This document shows, in pieces, positions 13,437 to 27,231 of a stretch of 64,000 bases of DNA. Below the pieces are notes generated by a model. The model was given only the letters and a program-made list of their open reading frames with translations. It had not been told where the DNA came from and made no database searches. This DNA comes from Lytechinus pictus (lineage: Eukaryota): the NCBI RefSeq assembly GCF_037042905.1, contig NC_087250.1, positions 21,268,001 through 21,332,000 on the forward strand, read 5' to 3'. Position 1 is the stretch's first letter. The number at the start of each line of letters is the position of its first letter. Both the position numbers and the translations under genes were made by a program.

Positions 13437-16400
13437 TGATTGATTGATTGATTCTTTATTTCCATGCAAAAATAAATCATACAACAGAAAATATATTGAC
13501 AATATCTCATGGTAAAATAACAATAAACAATCATGGCATGGGAGGGAACAGTCATAAGCACAAGGCTTGAAAAGGACGCCCCTCAAGAAAGACTACGGCC
13601 CTGAATAAAATCAATAAGTCATATTTAAAAATTACAGTAAAAGCAGGGCCAAAAGGAAAACACATCAAGCATGTCAAGAATAAATCAAATGATAATAACA
13701 CACCAGCCGTGTATCGATTAATATTACTATGTTTAACATAGATACGTCGTATGAGATAATACAAAAAATAAAGTATGCAATATGATGAAAGTCATGAAAC
13801 TGATGATAGAACAATATCTTAACTCAAATAAGTGCTAATAATGGAATGCTTAAACTCAAACTTAAATTTGTTCAATGTAGGAGCACCACGTATTGTTAAA
13901 GCTATATCATTCCAGGTATCTGGACCAGTATGTCTTATTGACCTATGGGCTAAGGCAGTTAGCGGATTTAATAAATGTAAATTTGTTGAGGTTCTCGTAG
14001 GATAATTATGAATAAACGAATTCAAAAGGAACATATGATCAAATGTTAATGGTAATTGGCGACAGTGAAACTTAAACATAAACAAAGCAATTTGAAATTT
14101 ATGTATATCATCAATTTTTAAAGTCTTGAAACGGTTAAAGAGGGGACCAGTATTTTCATAAAAATCCAGCGTCGGCACACAAACGAATAGCTTTCTTTTG
14201 AAGTAAAAGGATGTGATTTTTTTATTTGAATGAGCCCCATACAATATTGCAATAAGTGATATGTGGAAGTAAAATAGAATTATAAATTGAGAGTAATGCT
14301 TGAGGAGGTAAATAGTGTTTAACTTTAAACATTATAATACATCTTGATACAGACGTCAATATTTTACATACATGGTCATCCCATGTTAAAAACTCATCTA
14401 GAATGACACCTAAAATCTCACATTATTTTTTTGTCCGATAGAAATCCCACTTATCTTTATTTCCTCTGTATAATGATCAGCTATTATTTTGGAGTTCTTG
14501 AAATCAATATAATATGTTTTTTGCAAATTTAAAGACAATTTATTACTTTGGAACCATGTGGATATTTTGGGCAATTCATTATTCAACATTTCAAAAAGCA
14601 TTCTTTTATTCGAGTTTGAAGAAATAACTGTTGTGTCATCAGCTTAAAGAATATATTGTAATAAGGGTGAAGAATATACTATGTCATTTATATACAGAAG
14701 AAATAAAAGCGGGCCCAGAATTGAGCCTTGAGGCACACCACAATTAATATACTGTGAATTAGAACTTACTGAATTTATACATGTAAATTGTTGCCTATTT
14801 GAAATATAACTATTAAACCAATTAAGAGTAGTACCTCTAACACCAAAATATTTTAATTTGTAAAGCAATATAGTATGATCCAGGGTATCGAACGCTTTAC
14901 TTAAGTCCATGAAAACACAAATTACATGTTCCTTTTTTGCTAAAAGAGAAGAAATTTTATCATAAAGATCAACAAGAGCTAGATCAGCAGAATGAAATTT
15001 GCGAAAACCATATTGGGATGGATTTAATAAATTATGTAATGACAAAAATGAAACTAATCTATTGTAAACAAGACGTTCAAGTATTTTTGAAAATGACGAA
15101 AGAATAGAGATAGGGCGATAATTCTCAATGAGTGTCCGATCGTCCTTTTTATAAATTGGAATGATTTTCGCAATTTTCATATGAAGAGGAAAAATTCCGG
15201 TTGACATTGAAATATTACATATATGAACAAAAGGAGTTATAATGCTTAATATAATCTTTTTTAAGGAGAAAATTACTAATCTCGTCATGTCCAAAAGAAC
15301 GACTGTTTTTAAGATTGTTTACGATTTTCAATATTTCCTCAGAATTTGTTGGATTAAAAAACAATGTATGTTGACATGAATTGCGTAAATAATCTGCAAA
15401 ATTAGTTGTGGTATGTGGTATTTTTAATGCTTGTTCCTGTCCAACATTAACAAAATAATCATTAAAACCGTTAACAATATCATCTAATGATTCATATACC
15501 AAATCACCATGTGAATATTTATGATTTAAATTAGCATCCTTTGCTTTCCCCAATAATTCGTTAATATTTTTCCAAGTAGCTGACATACCTCCTTTAGCAT
15601 TTTCAAATTTTTGTGAATAATATGTTTTCTTTGCATTTTTGATGATACATGTTAAAAAATTTCTATATCTTTTATATTTACTAATATTTTCAGAGGAATG
15701 ATTCTTCAAACCAGTTTTATAAAGTTTGTTCCTTTTTCGACTTTACTTTACAATCCCAAAAGTAATCCATGGTTTTCTAGGAGTTTTGGATGACCTTTTT
15801 CGTCTAACTTTTGGAATTGTATGGTTTAAACAGCAATGCAATTTATCAATAAATAATTTATATGCTATATCAACGTCATTACAGGATAAAACATCAACCC
15901 AAGATTCGGCTTCAAGTTCGGTTATAAAATTTTGCATATTCTCAGGAGACATCTTTCGAATATAAGTAATATTTGTAGCAGGCTTTTTACTTTGTCCAAG
16001 TGTAGTGATAATAAATATAGGAAGATGGTCAGAAACATCAGAATATAATATACCAGATGAAATATGTCGCTTGTCAGTGTTGGAAAAAATATTATCGATT
16101 AAAGTAGAACTTACAGCAGAAACACGTGTTGGTTTATCTATAAAAGGATATAATGCATACGAATTCAATGACATTGACAAATGTTTGGCTTTGTTTATTA
16201 ATATTTAGAATATCAATATTGTAATCACCAGATAAATATATATCTTTATTTTCGGTTGTAAGTTTATGAAGAATAATATTTATATCAGAGAAGAAGGATT
16301 CAGTATTTAAGTGGGGTGGTCGATAAACAACACCTATAACAGAATTTTTGGAATTACAATTTTCAACTTCAACAAATAATGATTCAGCGCTATTACTCAC

Positions 16401-17295
16401 AAATTGTAAGTCTTTCCTGATAAAAAATTGATAAGATTCTTTTATATATATAGCAACACGACCACCTTTCATATTATTTCTATCAACATGAAGAAGTAAA
16501 TAACCACTGATATTAAATAAATCTGGAGATTTGTCATTTAGCCATGTTTCAGTTACACATATAATACTATATTCATATTCAACAGAAGAAAGCAATTCTT
16601 GAAAAGTATCAAAATTCTTACATAAACTCCTTGAATTTACATGAAGAATTCTGAAATGATTTTCTTGGTAAGTAATCTTATTTTTAAATTCATGGGGTAA
16701 ATAATATTGGCAAGATGACGTTGCAATGACCTCATTTAGTTCCAAATCTATATTACTATCGATCATATAATAAACATGTGAACAAACAATACTTGTATAA
16801 CATAATGATAGTAGGTTTTACGATAATAACGACTTTACTTGCATCTCTTGATAAATAAATATAGCGATGATATAATTTACAAATCGATACACGACTGGTA
16901 CGAAGGTTTTGTGAACTTTCTTGCTGATTCACATTTATATTAATAAAGTAGAAATTATGGAAAATAGATTCAAGACTGACAATCAAATAAAGTGTAAAAA
17001 GAGCATGACATGCTAGAAATATGGCACAGCGATGTGCAAGAAGACAATTACCAAAATATAAGTACAATACAAAACAAATCGTTTTGGTTGAATATATTTT
17101 GATAGACTTGCTCGACCTCAGAAAAACGGAAGAGTAAAGAAACACTCCATTTAAAAGTATTTGTTTTCAAAGTGTACATGTACGAGGAGAAGACGATCCT
17201 AAAATAGTTACTTGTATATATATTTTTAACATATGTGCAACAATGCTACATTGTAACCGTTATGTAATCGGCGTAACCAAAATAGAACTCATCTC
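13437..17295 (-). mobile_element. 5'-truncated, decayed CR1/L2-group LINE (ORF2: APE endonuclease + RT)
   Basis: Frameshifted ORFs: APE (VNSRSL, CVTETWL, GDYNID, SDHLP; 15743-16766) and RT (YRPISIL, QYGFR, DLSKAFD, GVPQGSILGPLLF; 14644-15294). The catalytic motif reads L*ADD. C-terminal pieces 13819-14601; (CAAT)n tail at 13437-13452. Confidence 0.92.
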
Positions 17296-17429
17296 CATTG
17301 TGAAATGCGTATTTAAATCATTGTGAAATGCGTATTTATTTAATATTTTTCCGTTGTTTGTGCAAAAATATGAAAATAATTGATTTTCATGAAAAATCCA
17401 AGATGGCCGACAAAAATGGGGTCCTGTGG

Positions 17430-18077
17430 GCGTATTTTTTTTTTACACCACTGCTCCGCCAAAATATTGAAAACCCCCACAGAAACGGCTCGCGCTAGAG
17501 TCTAACACGTTGACCACACACGTTTCGTCGTGCACATCTTGATTTCGTTCAATAGTCATACAAAAAAAAAAACCCTTATGATTTCAATATACATGTAGAT
17601 ATATAGCTTTTTAAAAGCGTTTAGTTTGTAGGGACCTAATCCGCTTACATTTCATATTAATTCTACACCGCATGAGCATTTTGTTCGCAGTTATGGCACC
17701 TCCAGACATTCAGATGCATGAAACAAAGAACTAGCGAGGGTCCTTTGCTGCAGATAGCCTAGATTTTCTTCGTCGACAAAATTTTTCACCTCATGATCTT
17801 CAGCACTCACCCTCTCTCTCCAGCATTCTCCTTTCTGTATTTGGGCGACAGTGGTCTCTGCATCGCCCTCTTGCTTTTTGCCCAATACAAAAGACCTTTA
17901 TTTTGTTGTAATTAAATTAGGCACAATCATTTGTCGATAAATTTTGTCTGTATTTATTGATATGCACACCATGATACCTTTGCTTTTCTCTAGTTATTTA
18001 AAAAGCACATAGGGATTGCTTCTGCAGTGTGATGCGCTCTAGAAATATGATTTTATATTATTATTAATATTATGATC

Positions 18078-18112
<35 letters not shown>

Positions 18113-19831
18113 CATCATTATTATTATTATTATCATTTGGCAGATAAGATCTTCTCTCTACCTCCCTATTCTTTCTTTCTTTCTTTCTCATTTTTTTTTA
18201 AGGAAAGTCTACCCCAAAATAACAATTTTTTCAACAGGACAAGAAAAGTCAGATTGACAGAAAAGTCTAAAAAGTTGGAGGGAAATCGGACAACTAATAA
18301 GAATGTTATGAATTTTTAATGAAATGAATATCACTAGGCGATTGCCAACTTGCTGACATCATAGGTATAGTTCATTACTACAAAATTAAAATTTTACCGA
18401 AATTTTGATTTCCTCAAAACTTTTTCCAGGATATCTAGATGATAGATATGTTTTTCATGTTTCCATTATTACAGACTTTATAGTTCTATTTAACAACCTT
18501 GAAAATATTCAAGATCTTGAATTGAATATGAATTTATGATTCAATATTTATAATTGAGTGATCAAAGGTATAAAAATATAGTCAAGCTCAATATTTTGAG
18601 TTCATTATATTCTAAAAGGCCTACATAACAATGAAATGTAAACTTGATTCGAGTTCTGAAAAAAAATCATGTGATTGGTCAAAAATGATTTCTTTGCAGT
18701 ATAAATACATTTGTAAACAAAATGAATGGTTAGTGGTGCATCCACGACTTCATGAAATCGGCAATTTGTTTTGTGATTTCCCCATATTTTCATGTGATTA
18801 AAATTTTTCATAAATTATTTAGTTGTCCAATATGAACGTTTTAGTTTTGTTCATCTGATTTTTCTGCTTGGGTAGACTTTTCTTTTATCCCCCCCCCCCT
18901 CTTGCTTAAGGCCCTTTCTTTTGATTTTTTTTTCTTCAAAATATAATTTTTTTCCAAATCAATCTCCTTGTATCTCCTCTCAACCTTTATTTCTTATCTT
19001 TCGCACTCCCCACCCCTTTTGCTTCTCCTCTCTTTTCGGGCTCTTTTCATCTTTCTCAGATCACAGCTACTACTGAACTTTGTCCAACAGGTGCACTACG
19101 TACAAAATGCTGCAAATGTATACTCTGTACCTGATTTTGAAAAGTATTTCAGGTTGGGAAAACCCCAGAACAAGTCAACACTAGAAGGCCTATATGCGTA
19201 CCTCGGGATTTTTCACAGGGGGGGGGGGGCAAATTCATCCGCCCTAAAATTTGACAAGCAAAAACAAAAAATAAAAATAAAAAGGTCTTCAACCAATGAA
19301 TATAGGATTTCGTACCAGAAAAAAATTGACAAGCAAAAAAGGGGGCTTCAAGCTGGTCAGGGGGGGGGGCAGAGATACGTCCCTTGCATGGGTTGTGACT
19401 AGTCAGGGGGGCAGACTGCCCCCTTGCCCCCCCCCCGTAGGGACGCTATATAGTGAGGCCTATACTGAAGGAAAATACTTTAAAGTGCCCTCACACTTTC
19501 CTTCAGCAAATTCAATTCGCCACTAGACTTTAAACCTATAAATATAGACAATATCTTTTACAAATTCATTTTTAATACAAAATCAGCTCAGTTACAAACT
19601 AAAATGGTTTTTAGAACCATTTTCCGTAATATCAACAATAACCCTAAGAAAATCATGTGATAACGGGATGATTTCAGGTGGTTTTGGATAATTGATTAAA
19701 TTTCATACAAATCTCACGCGGGAATTCCGAGAGCTTTGCTTTCAAGAGCGCACAGATTAGACTTGCCAGCGAGCCGTTTCTTTCGCATTTCTGGGAATTT
19801 TGGCGGAGCAGTGGTGTAAAAAAAAATACGC
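17430..19831. mobile_element. Mutator (MULE)-like non-autonomous element
   Basis: TIRs GCGTA(T)nACACCACTGCTCCGCCAAAAT; 9-bp TSD GTCCTGTGG at 17421-17429 and 19832-19840; the empty site is preserved in the left arm of the foldback element (~6950-6965). Confidence 0.8.
18053..18135. repeat. (ATT)n microsatellite
   Basis: Direct reading. Confidence 0.9.
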
Positions 19832-22324
19832 GTCCTGTGGGCCTTCCGTACAGGATATGACCCGGCAGCAACACATTTTCTTGACCACTGATATCATGCC
19901 AACATGTGGGGACCATCAAACCTTATGTACCCGATCAGCTGAATAAACTCTCCCATACTAATTCCTGCTCACCCTAGCAAAGGCAAGTCTCTCAGGAGGC
20001 CTTGGTGAAAGGGAGAGAGAGAGAGAGAGGGGGGGGGGGGGGGTAAGTGCTCTGTTGACCCATATTCCGTCAACCTACTTCCCCCACCTAAGTCCTATCC
20101 CTATTCTGACTTCCATGAACACATTGCTAAGATCCACTTTAAAAAGTAAAAAAAATGTATTTCATGTTCACTCATGCATTAAATTTCAATTGAATAATTC
20201 TTGAAATTTGCTTTAAAAACCTAAATTGATGATGCTTGATCATTGATTTATCAAAACACCCTCAACTTTGCAAGTTCCAAGGGACTCGCATCTAAAAAAC
20301 TGAAAGAAATTGGAACGCTAATTCCTGCCCACCCTTATTTTCAAACCCTTTGTTTCAGTGGGCAGTGCTCGCTCAAGCATGAATAGTTTTCCAACTTTTT
20401 GGTGTCATTTGAAAGTTGACTTTATTGGTTTCCATAAAGTGTTTCCCCCCAAAGTGATATATGTAACCCCGGGGAAATTGAGCAATTGCTTCGCAGACGC
20501 TTTCTACACGAAGTAATTGCTCAATTTCCCCCATTGTCATCTATTTACAGTGTTGTTACATACACTCTCTGTGAAAGTGTGAAAACTTGTTCAAATTAAT
20601 CACATTGGACTGACTATGTAAACGCAGTGTGAACACAAAGTGAAAACAGTGTTGTCGTATAATGATTACATTCTTGCACGAGTTCGTGGGAAATAGAGAC
20701 CTGCAAATATCAGCCCATATTGTCTATTGTTTATTGCAATGATTATAGTAATATTCGGATGTGATTGTGTATTTTCTATTTTCACGAGCTGTTCCCTGAT
20801 TCGATTATCTATGAAAAAGAAGCATTCCCCTTTAAGGTCTTCTAGAAATAATCAACTATATCTAAATGCACGATCAATCAAACTATGTTAATTTCGAAAC
20901 GGGTCTTTATTACACCCGGTTATTCAGACAAGAACCATAACATAAACATAGAATTACCAATCTGCTACCCCTTTTGAGTCCCTGTTCTCCTTTTTATCTG
21001 CATTATTTTCTTTTGATTTCAGTATTGGTTGGTGATGAATCGTTATTCTATCATTCCATATGACGATGATCATAAAGATTCATGGCATATTTTTCACACA
21101 GTTAATTCTACTTATACTCATTCCACGGTTAAGTTCGCTCGGATGATTCAATTCATAGTTCGCACGCAATCTTTGTTTGTTCAAACGTGGTACAAAGTTT
21201 GGAAATTTCCCTTCTTTTCTCTCCAACAGAGTTATATCACATTGAATTTCTTTAGTACCTGTTTAAGTAGAGATAGGAAGAATAGAATCAATCTGCTTTT
21301 TTGCGACTACATGTTCGATGCAGCCGTTACGGGCTAATTTTCAATAATTTTTTTTTTCGATATAAATTTATATACGTAACTGATATTGGGCACACGAAAA
21401 TCGCCTCAGCAGAAGAACGGTATACAGCATTGAACTTCATTGTCAAATGTCAAACCAAATTGCTACGCTTAAAGAAATACCCCATTCATGCCATTACCAC
21501 GTTTAGAGACGTAAATGTTATGATGCGTTTTGCATGAATTTCAGATCATTCTTAATAACTCTCTGGTTCAGACAAATGTGACCTGCCACCCCAAAACCAA
21601 CAGTAAGTCGCCCATTCTGAATTTAGGGGGGTTTGTTGTGCTTAGAAACACACTTTCTTTTATTAGCTTTCAAAATGTGATCAGCAATAACCTTCACAAT
21701 TAAGTGCTTGATTAAATGCAGAAGAAATTCAGTGAGAGGTTCCCTCAAAATGAGAAAACAAGGTTTGAAGTTTTGGTTCACTAAGGCATGAGATGTGCAC
21801 ACTGTGCAATCTCAACGAAATTTCCAAGTAGTCCATAAAACTGCCTAAAAATAATTCCTTTATCTTTCTTTATTCACTTTTACATCTTCTTTTTTTTTAA
21901 ATACTTTTAGGAGACCAAATTATTCTTTCAGCTATTGCAGAGAACTTTCCCTGGCGAAACATTGCTTGTATGGGGGGGGGGGGGGGCAGGTCCCCTAAAC
22001 GTATAATTTCGAGCTTCAGAAGAAGATACGAAATTTATACAACATACATACAAAATGCAATTCACTATTTTAAAATTTGGTTAGTTCAATTGGCAGTTTG
22101 TTTGTCTGGCTTATATTACAGACTATTATATGTTTGTGTGGTTTCGCCGGGACTGATATATGTGAAGAATGCTTTCATTGTGAAGGCTTCTGGTGAATAG
22201 TCTGGAACAGATATTTTCATCTTCCTAAAGAACATTTGAAAATTAAATTGCGCCCTTTACCATTCCTTGTTGTGCTATTTTCTCAAAGCATACCATTCTG
22301 GTAGATTCAAGTAGAAAAAAATAA

Positions 22325-22364
22325 TACTACGTAGTACTACTTCTATTACTACTACTACTTCTAT

Positions 22365-22419
<55 letters not shown>

Positions 22420-22520
22420 TCTTCTTCTTCCTCCTCTTCTTCTTTTTTTCATCATGTTCTTCTTCTTTTTCTTCTACTACTCCTACTACTACTACTACTA
22501 TTATTATTATTATTACTATA
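22325..22520. repeat. (TAC)n/(TTC)n/(TAT)n compound microsatellite
   Basis: Direct reading; a paralogous tract lies at about 44020-44170. Confidence 0.9.
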
Positions 22521-22807
22521 TCATTATCAATGGTCATAATGATGGTGTTAATGATAATGATAATAAGAAGAACAATAATACTAATGATACAAAATTGCAA
22601 TGACTGCGCCAGGATTAAAATAACCAGTGGTGGAGCTGGTACGCCGTTCTTATGTGTAAGATGCATAAAAATAGCAATTGCCTGATGCTGTATGTATAAA
22701 AGAATAGCGAACAAATACTTTTGCTAGTAAGCTTAAGCGATTGCTAATCTCGCAAATTTCCATTTGCTTGACGCGTATGCTTATGCGTATGTTTACGCAT
22801 TTGCTTG

Positions 22808-23333
22808 GGCTTATTATAATCACTCGGACGGGCTGCGGGCTGACTGGCACTGAAACGTGGGATCTAACTCGGCTCTTCTCACGTTAGCTTGCTCCATGCT
22901 ACCGATGCACGTCGTGTCCGACCGCGGCCGGGTCCCACCTTGGGGCCATTGCATGGAGGCATGTCCGCATATGGGAATGACGATGTAATATCGATGTGGC
23001 AGATATGGCAAGTTCCGACTCGGAGTCCTCGTATAAGACACAGTAGAAGTTCGGATCTATTCTAAGTTAGTTGAGCCACATGGCTGATTTGCTTGTTTGT
23101 TATGTTAAAACAGTAATAGAATACATTTTATTTAAGGCACTTGCCGGCCTAAAACGAACCTCTAATTTCAATTTCATTTTATTTTCCCAGCGTGTTTGTC
23201 CCATTGAAGACACCGTTAAAAAAAAAATCGCATCGAAATCCAAAATATCGCCAAAAATCCAAAACCTGAGTGATTTCGAACGCGACCCGAGTGATTTCGA
23301 ATGCGCCCGCGACCCGAGTGGTTATCATAAGCC
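22808..23333. mobile_element. Non-autonomous TIR element with GG termini and 8-bp TSD
   Basis: TIRs GGCTTATTATAATCACTCGG / CCGAGTGGTTATCATAAGCC; TSD TTTGCTTG at 22800-22807 and 23334-23341. Confidence 0.8.
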
Positions 23334-23539
23334 TTTGCTTGTGTGGTCAGTGCTCTGTCTGAGCAGCTTGAACGTTTGCTTGATCTGGGCTTTCGCGTTG
23401 TATAATCATGTTTATACATCTGAAATAGAACCCAAATGTGTACAGTAGCTTAGATTAACATGTTTTCTTCCAAGTAAGTGCAAAACGAATGCAAAGTTTA
23501 TAAATTTATTAATAAGAAACAAGTTAAAGGAATAGTTTT

Positions 23540-24510
23540 TTATGTGTTTTATTGAATCAACGTAATAAAAAACATAAACAAAAAATAGCGATGACTTTAA
23601 TAAACAATAATAATAATAATAATAATCAACAACAAAAATAAAACATGACATTAACATAATGCATGCAAAAAACAACAACTTATATCCATGTAAAGATATA
23701 CGAATACATATTACAACTTAATATGATTACATCTTGAAATCTTGTCAACTTCTCTACGCCAAAAACCTAGCATGACATTGTTCTACAGACCATGACAAAC
23801 GCAAAGTTTAATGAACATAATTAAAATTCCCATTTTCTTAGGGCTTCCTTTCTTAACAATACTGGACTCCAGGTTATTATTATAGGCAGTGTAAGTTTAT
23901 TGTAGCTTTCAAAAGACGGTGATTTATTTTGGAATTCGCATGTATAAATATAATCAATGAAAGTCAGTGAGTGTAAATTGAGGAGGGCTGAACCATTCTT
24001 GGGGTCATTTGCAAACAGTGGTCCAAATTTCCTGCACAAACAGACAGACCATATTGTGATATGGTAATTGCAGTTGGATGAACCCAGTTTTGGTGACCTT
24101 CGTCGGGAAAGAAAAATATACTAGCAACATCTTAAAGTCACATGAAACTTCAAAAGCAATATGACCATATTATTATTTTGCAGATTAAAAATATAATTGA
24201 GTGATCATAATATAAATTTTCGTTTCTGAAAATGAAAAACTAACTTGTTGGTCTTTCAGGCAATACTGTAATCCAGGTCCTTATTATTGACAATGTATGC
24301 TTTGTAATCTTCAAAGGATGTCACTTTACTTTGAAATTTGCATAGTAAATAAAATATTTAAGCGAAAGAAACAAATATGTAAGAAATTTATCGTTGTCAA
24401 AACCAAACTTTTTTTCAAAGACAGTAGGATCGAAAAAATGTTTTGTCATCTCTTTAAGAAGTTTAATAATCTCCTCCCAGACAGACTGAACCACAGGACA
24501 CACAAAAATA
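23540..24510 (-). mobile_element. Decayed 3' fragment(s) of an L1/Tx1-like LINE
   Basis: Peptides CPVVQSVW...FGF...LKYFIY (24321-24503) and YIYTC..QNKSPSF...KW (23821-24039) resemble Tx1/L1 ORF2 C-termini. Confidence 0.55.
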
Positions 24511-27000
24511 ATGATAATTAAAGGATTAGTTTGACACGGCGTCTAAGGAAAAGATGTGACATGTGATTGAGAGAAGCAATATTTTACACTGCAACACTTC
24601 TACATTCGAGACCTATAGCAGCCTTTGTTTTGTGAGTCTTGTTCACACAGACATGACGTTGTTCGAACCGTTTGCTCTCCAGCAATTGCTTCAAGCACAA
24701 GCAATAGCTAGCCAAGCAAAATATCATGCTTCAGCATGTGCTTTATTTCATATGCATAACCGTTTGTTTTTGATTGAAGCCTTTTCTTGCCTTCAGATAG
24801 CAATTGATTGCGGTTTGAACAATAGCGACGTCACACTCGTGCGAACACGACTCACACAAATAGTATCCCTAAATTAGACCCCAAAATAGCCAATCTGGAA
24901 TAAATTTATTGGAAATGGTTTCTCAACTGATTTGAGTAGGTATGGGTGTCAACATTTACCAAAAATTAAGTACCTAGAATGCACATTCACCTATAAAATT
25001 CAAGGTCAAAGCCTTTCAAAGGTGAATGACCCTTATTTACATTACTGTATAATGGTATCTCTGAGATGATAAGGTAGAGGCTGGTGATCATGGTGTCAAA
25101 ATGTACAGATTCAGACAAGAAGATAAAATATAATAAATTCAGGTACCTAGAATGGACATTCACCAATAAAATTCAAGGTCAAAGCTTTCCAAAGGTCAAT
25201 AAACTTTTTACATTATAGGTACCATACAGTATAATGGTATCTCTGAGATGAAAAGGCACAGGTTGGTGATCATGGTGTCAAAATGCACAGATTCTGACCA
25301 GAAGATCAAATTAAATAAAATTAAGTACTTAGAATGCATATTCACCCATAAAATTTAGGGTCAAAGGTCAATGACCTTTTATACATTTATATACCATATT
25401 GTATAATAGTATCTCGAAGATAAAACGGCGCAGGTTGGTGTTCTTGGTGTCAAAATACACAGATTCTTACAGGAAGATTAAATGAAATAAAATTAAGCAT
25501 AGATAATGCACATTCTTCCTTAAATTTCAAGGACAAAGGTCAGTGTCCTTTTTAACATAAGATAATGATCAGGGTATCTCTGGGATAAAACACCACAGGT
25601 TGGTGATCTTGTTGCCAAAATGCGAAGATTTGTACAAAAAGATCAACCAACAATTTGTGATCAAAACTTGGAGGTTTCATAATTTCAGACTGAAATAATG
25701 AAGGTCATTGAGAATGTATCTAGGGGTCAGAGGTCAATGAACTCTTTCCAAAATATCAGTGGAAATTAAGTTTTTAAAAAAGTTGATAACCAAATAACAC
25801 TTCTTCATATATTGCGATGCATTGCCAAAAGTAATGAACAAAAATAAATGAAATCTAGTATGTAATTTGAAATGATTTTTATAGTAGCAGCATTTAATGC
25901 ATCATGATATCTAAATCAAGGTTGTCGTGTCTTTTTCTCTCCAGCGATAGGGCAGTCACCTCAATACTATAATAAATACTATAAACAATCAGCTTAATCT
26001 TCTGAAAATTAATAGGATAGGTCTAACTCTCATGTCACAGCTAGCATCATCTCAGAGCATTTCTACACAGCAGAGGGAAGATGATGATGAAAATGAAATG
26101 AAGGCCATCATTAGAGCTGCAGCTTCTGTCATAGTAAATGTCAGGTATCTCAACTTCAAGAAAGATGAATTCCCAATGATTCCCGTAATATTATTAATTA
26201 CCTCTCATTGCAAGCTGCCAGAATCTCTCGAGATGCTAACGCTGCAGGACAAAACTTCATATCTGCTCTCTGCCGTTCGTCACCCATGATGCTTTTTGGT
26301 CCAACACAAATTAGGCATATGATAATGAAATTCAAAATGAGATAATAGCTTACAAGTACACATCCATCGACCTAAAAAAAACCCTGCAGCTCCACTTCCA
26401 GTTCTTGAGAATCAAGCTGTGCAACATATCAGTTATAATATATAGATCTATCCTAGTTAATAATATAGATCCTGGTCTGATATCCCTTTTACAGAACGTT
26501 AAGCCTTCATTAAATGTGCCAGATCAAAGTCCTGAAAATGTCAGAAGTTTTTCAAAGTTTAAATACTATTTGCTGAAGTTGAGACACTTAATTTCATATA
26601 CTATGATAAAAGCTGCAGCTCTAATGATGGCCTTATTTTAATTCTTCATCATTGTCCATGGCTATATGAAAATGATGCTTGCCATAATAGTGAGGCCTAT
26701 CCTTTCCATTTACAGATTAAGTTATGGTTTATAATATTGATTGTAGAATTTGAGGTTAGTGACCTATTGCTACAGAGAAATTAGTACCTTGATTTAGATT
26801 TATAAAATGCATAGCTAAATGCTGTTACTTTAGACAACTTCACCATTTCAAATTAAATCAAACATGATTTTTTTTACACTTTTGGCAATGCATTACTAAA
26901 ATCTATATCGAAAAGTGCTATTTAATCTCGATTTTACCTCGAACTTGTATTTTGACATCATCATTCGTCAAGGAATCAACTATTAAATTTGTGTTCATTT

Positions 27001-27231
27001 TATAATAATAATAATCAGCTTTTATGTAGCGCTTAATACATCGAAACGACGTGTCTAAGCGCTTTACAGATATATTATTATCCCGGTCATCGGATTCAAT
27101 CAGTTATTCCCGCACACAATGTGTGCGCATCCTCCACTCCCTGGGGAGTATTCCAGTCAGTCGCCGATGAGGCGCACACAGTACTGGACAAGCTTCAATG
27201 ACTTTCACATCATATTGGGTACCCATTTAGC
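27001..27231 (-). mobile_element. tRNA-derived SINE, 3' half (5' half at 37579-37713)
   Basis: (TAA)n tail; body colinear with the uninterrupted copy at 35673-36012. Confidence 0.8.

Larger units (their letters stand above)
6850..19943. mobile_element. Foldback-type DNA element with TIRs over 1 kb and internal ~200-bp repeats, interrupted by four insertions
   Basis: 6850-7043 plus 8675-~9900 is the reverse complement of ~12230-13436 plus ~17315-17429 plus 19832-19943. Internal diverged units switch orientation near 10100. TSD not resolved. Confidence 0.8.
3199..20462. mobile_element. Old Tc1/mariner-like non-autonomous element with long TIRs, expanded by nested insertions
   Basis: Begins TA|CAGTG. 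About 3250-3600 is a diverged reverse complement of about 20110-20462; the right TIR lacks its terminal ~50 bp. Shares TACACTTTGAAA and CTTGAGTGAGCACT motifs with 41178-42149. Confidence 0.6.
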
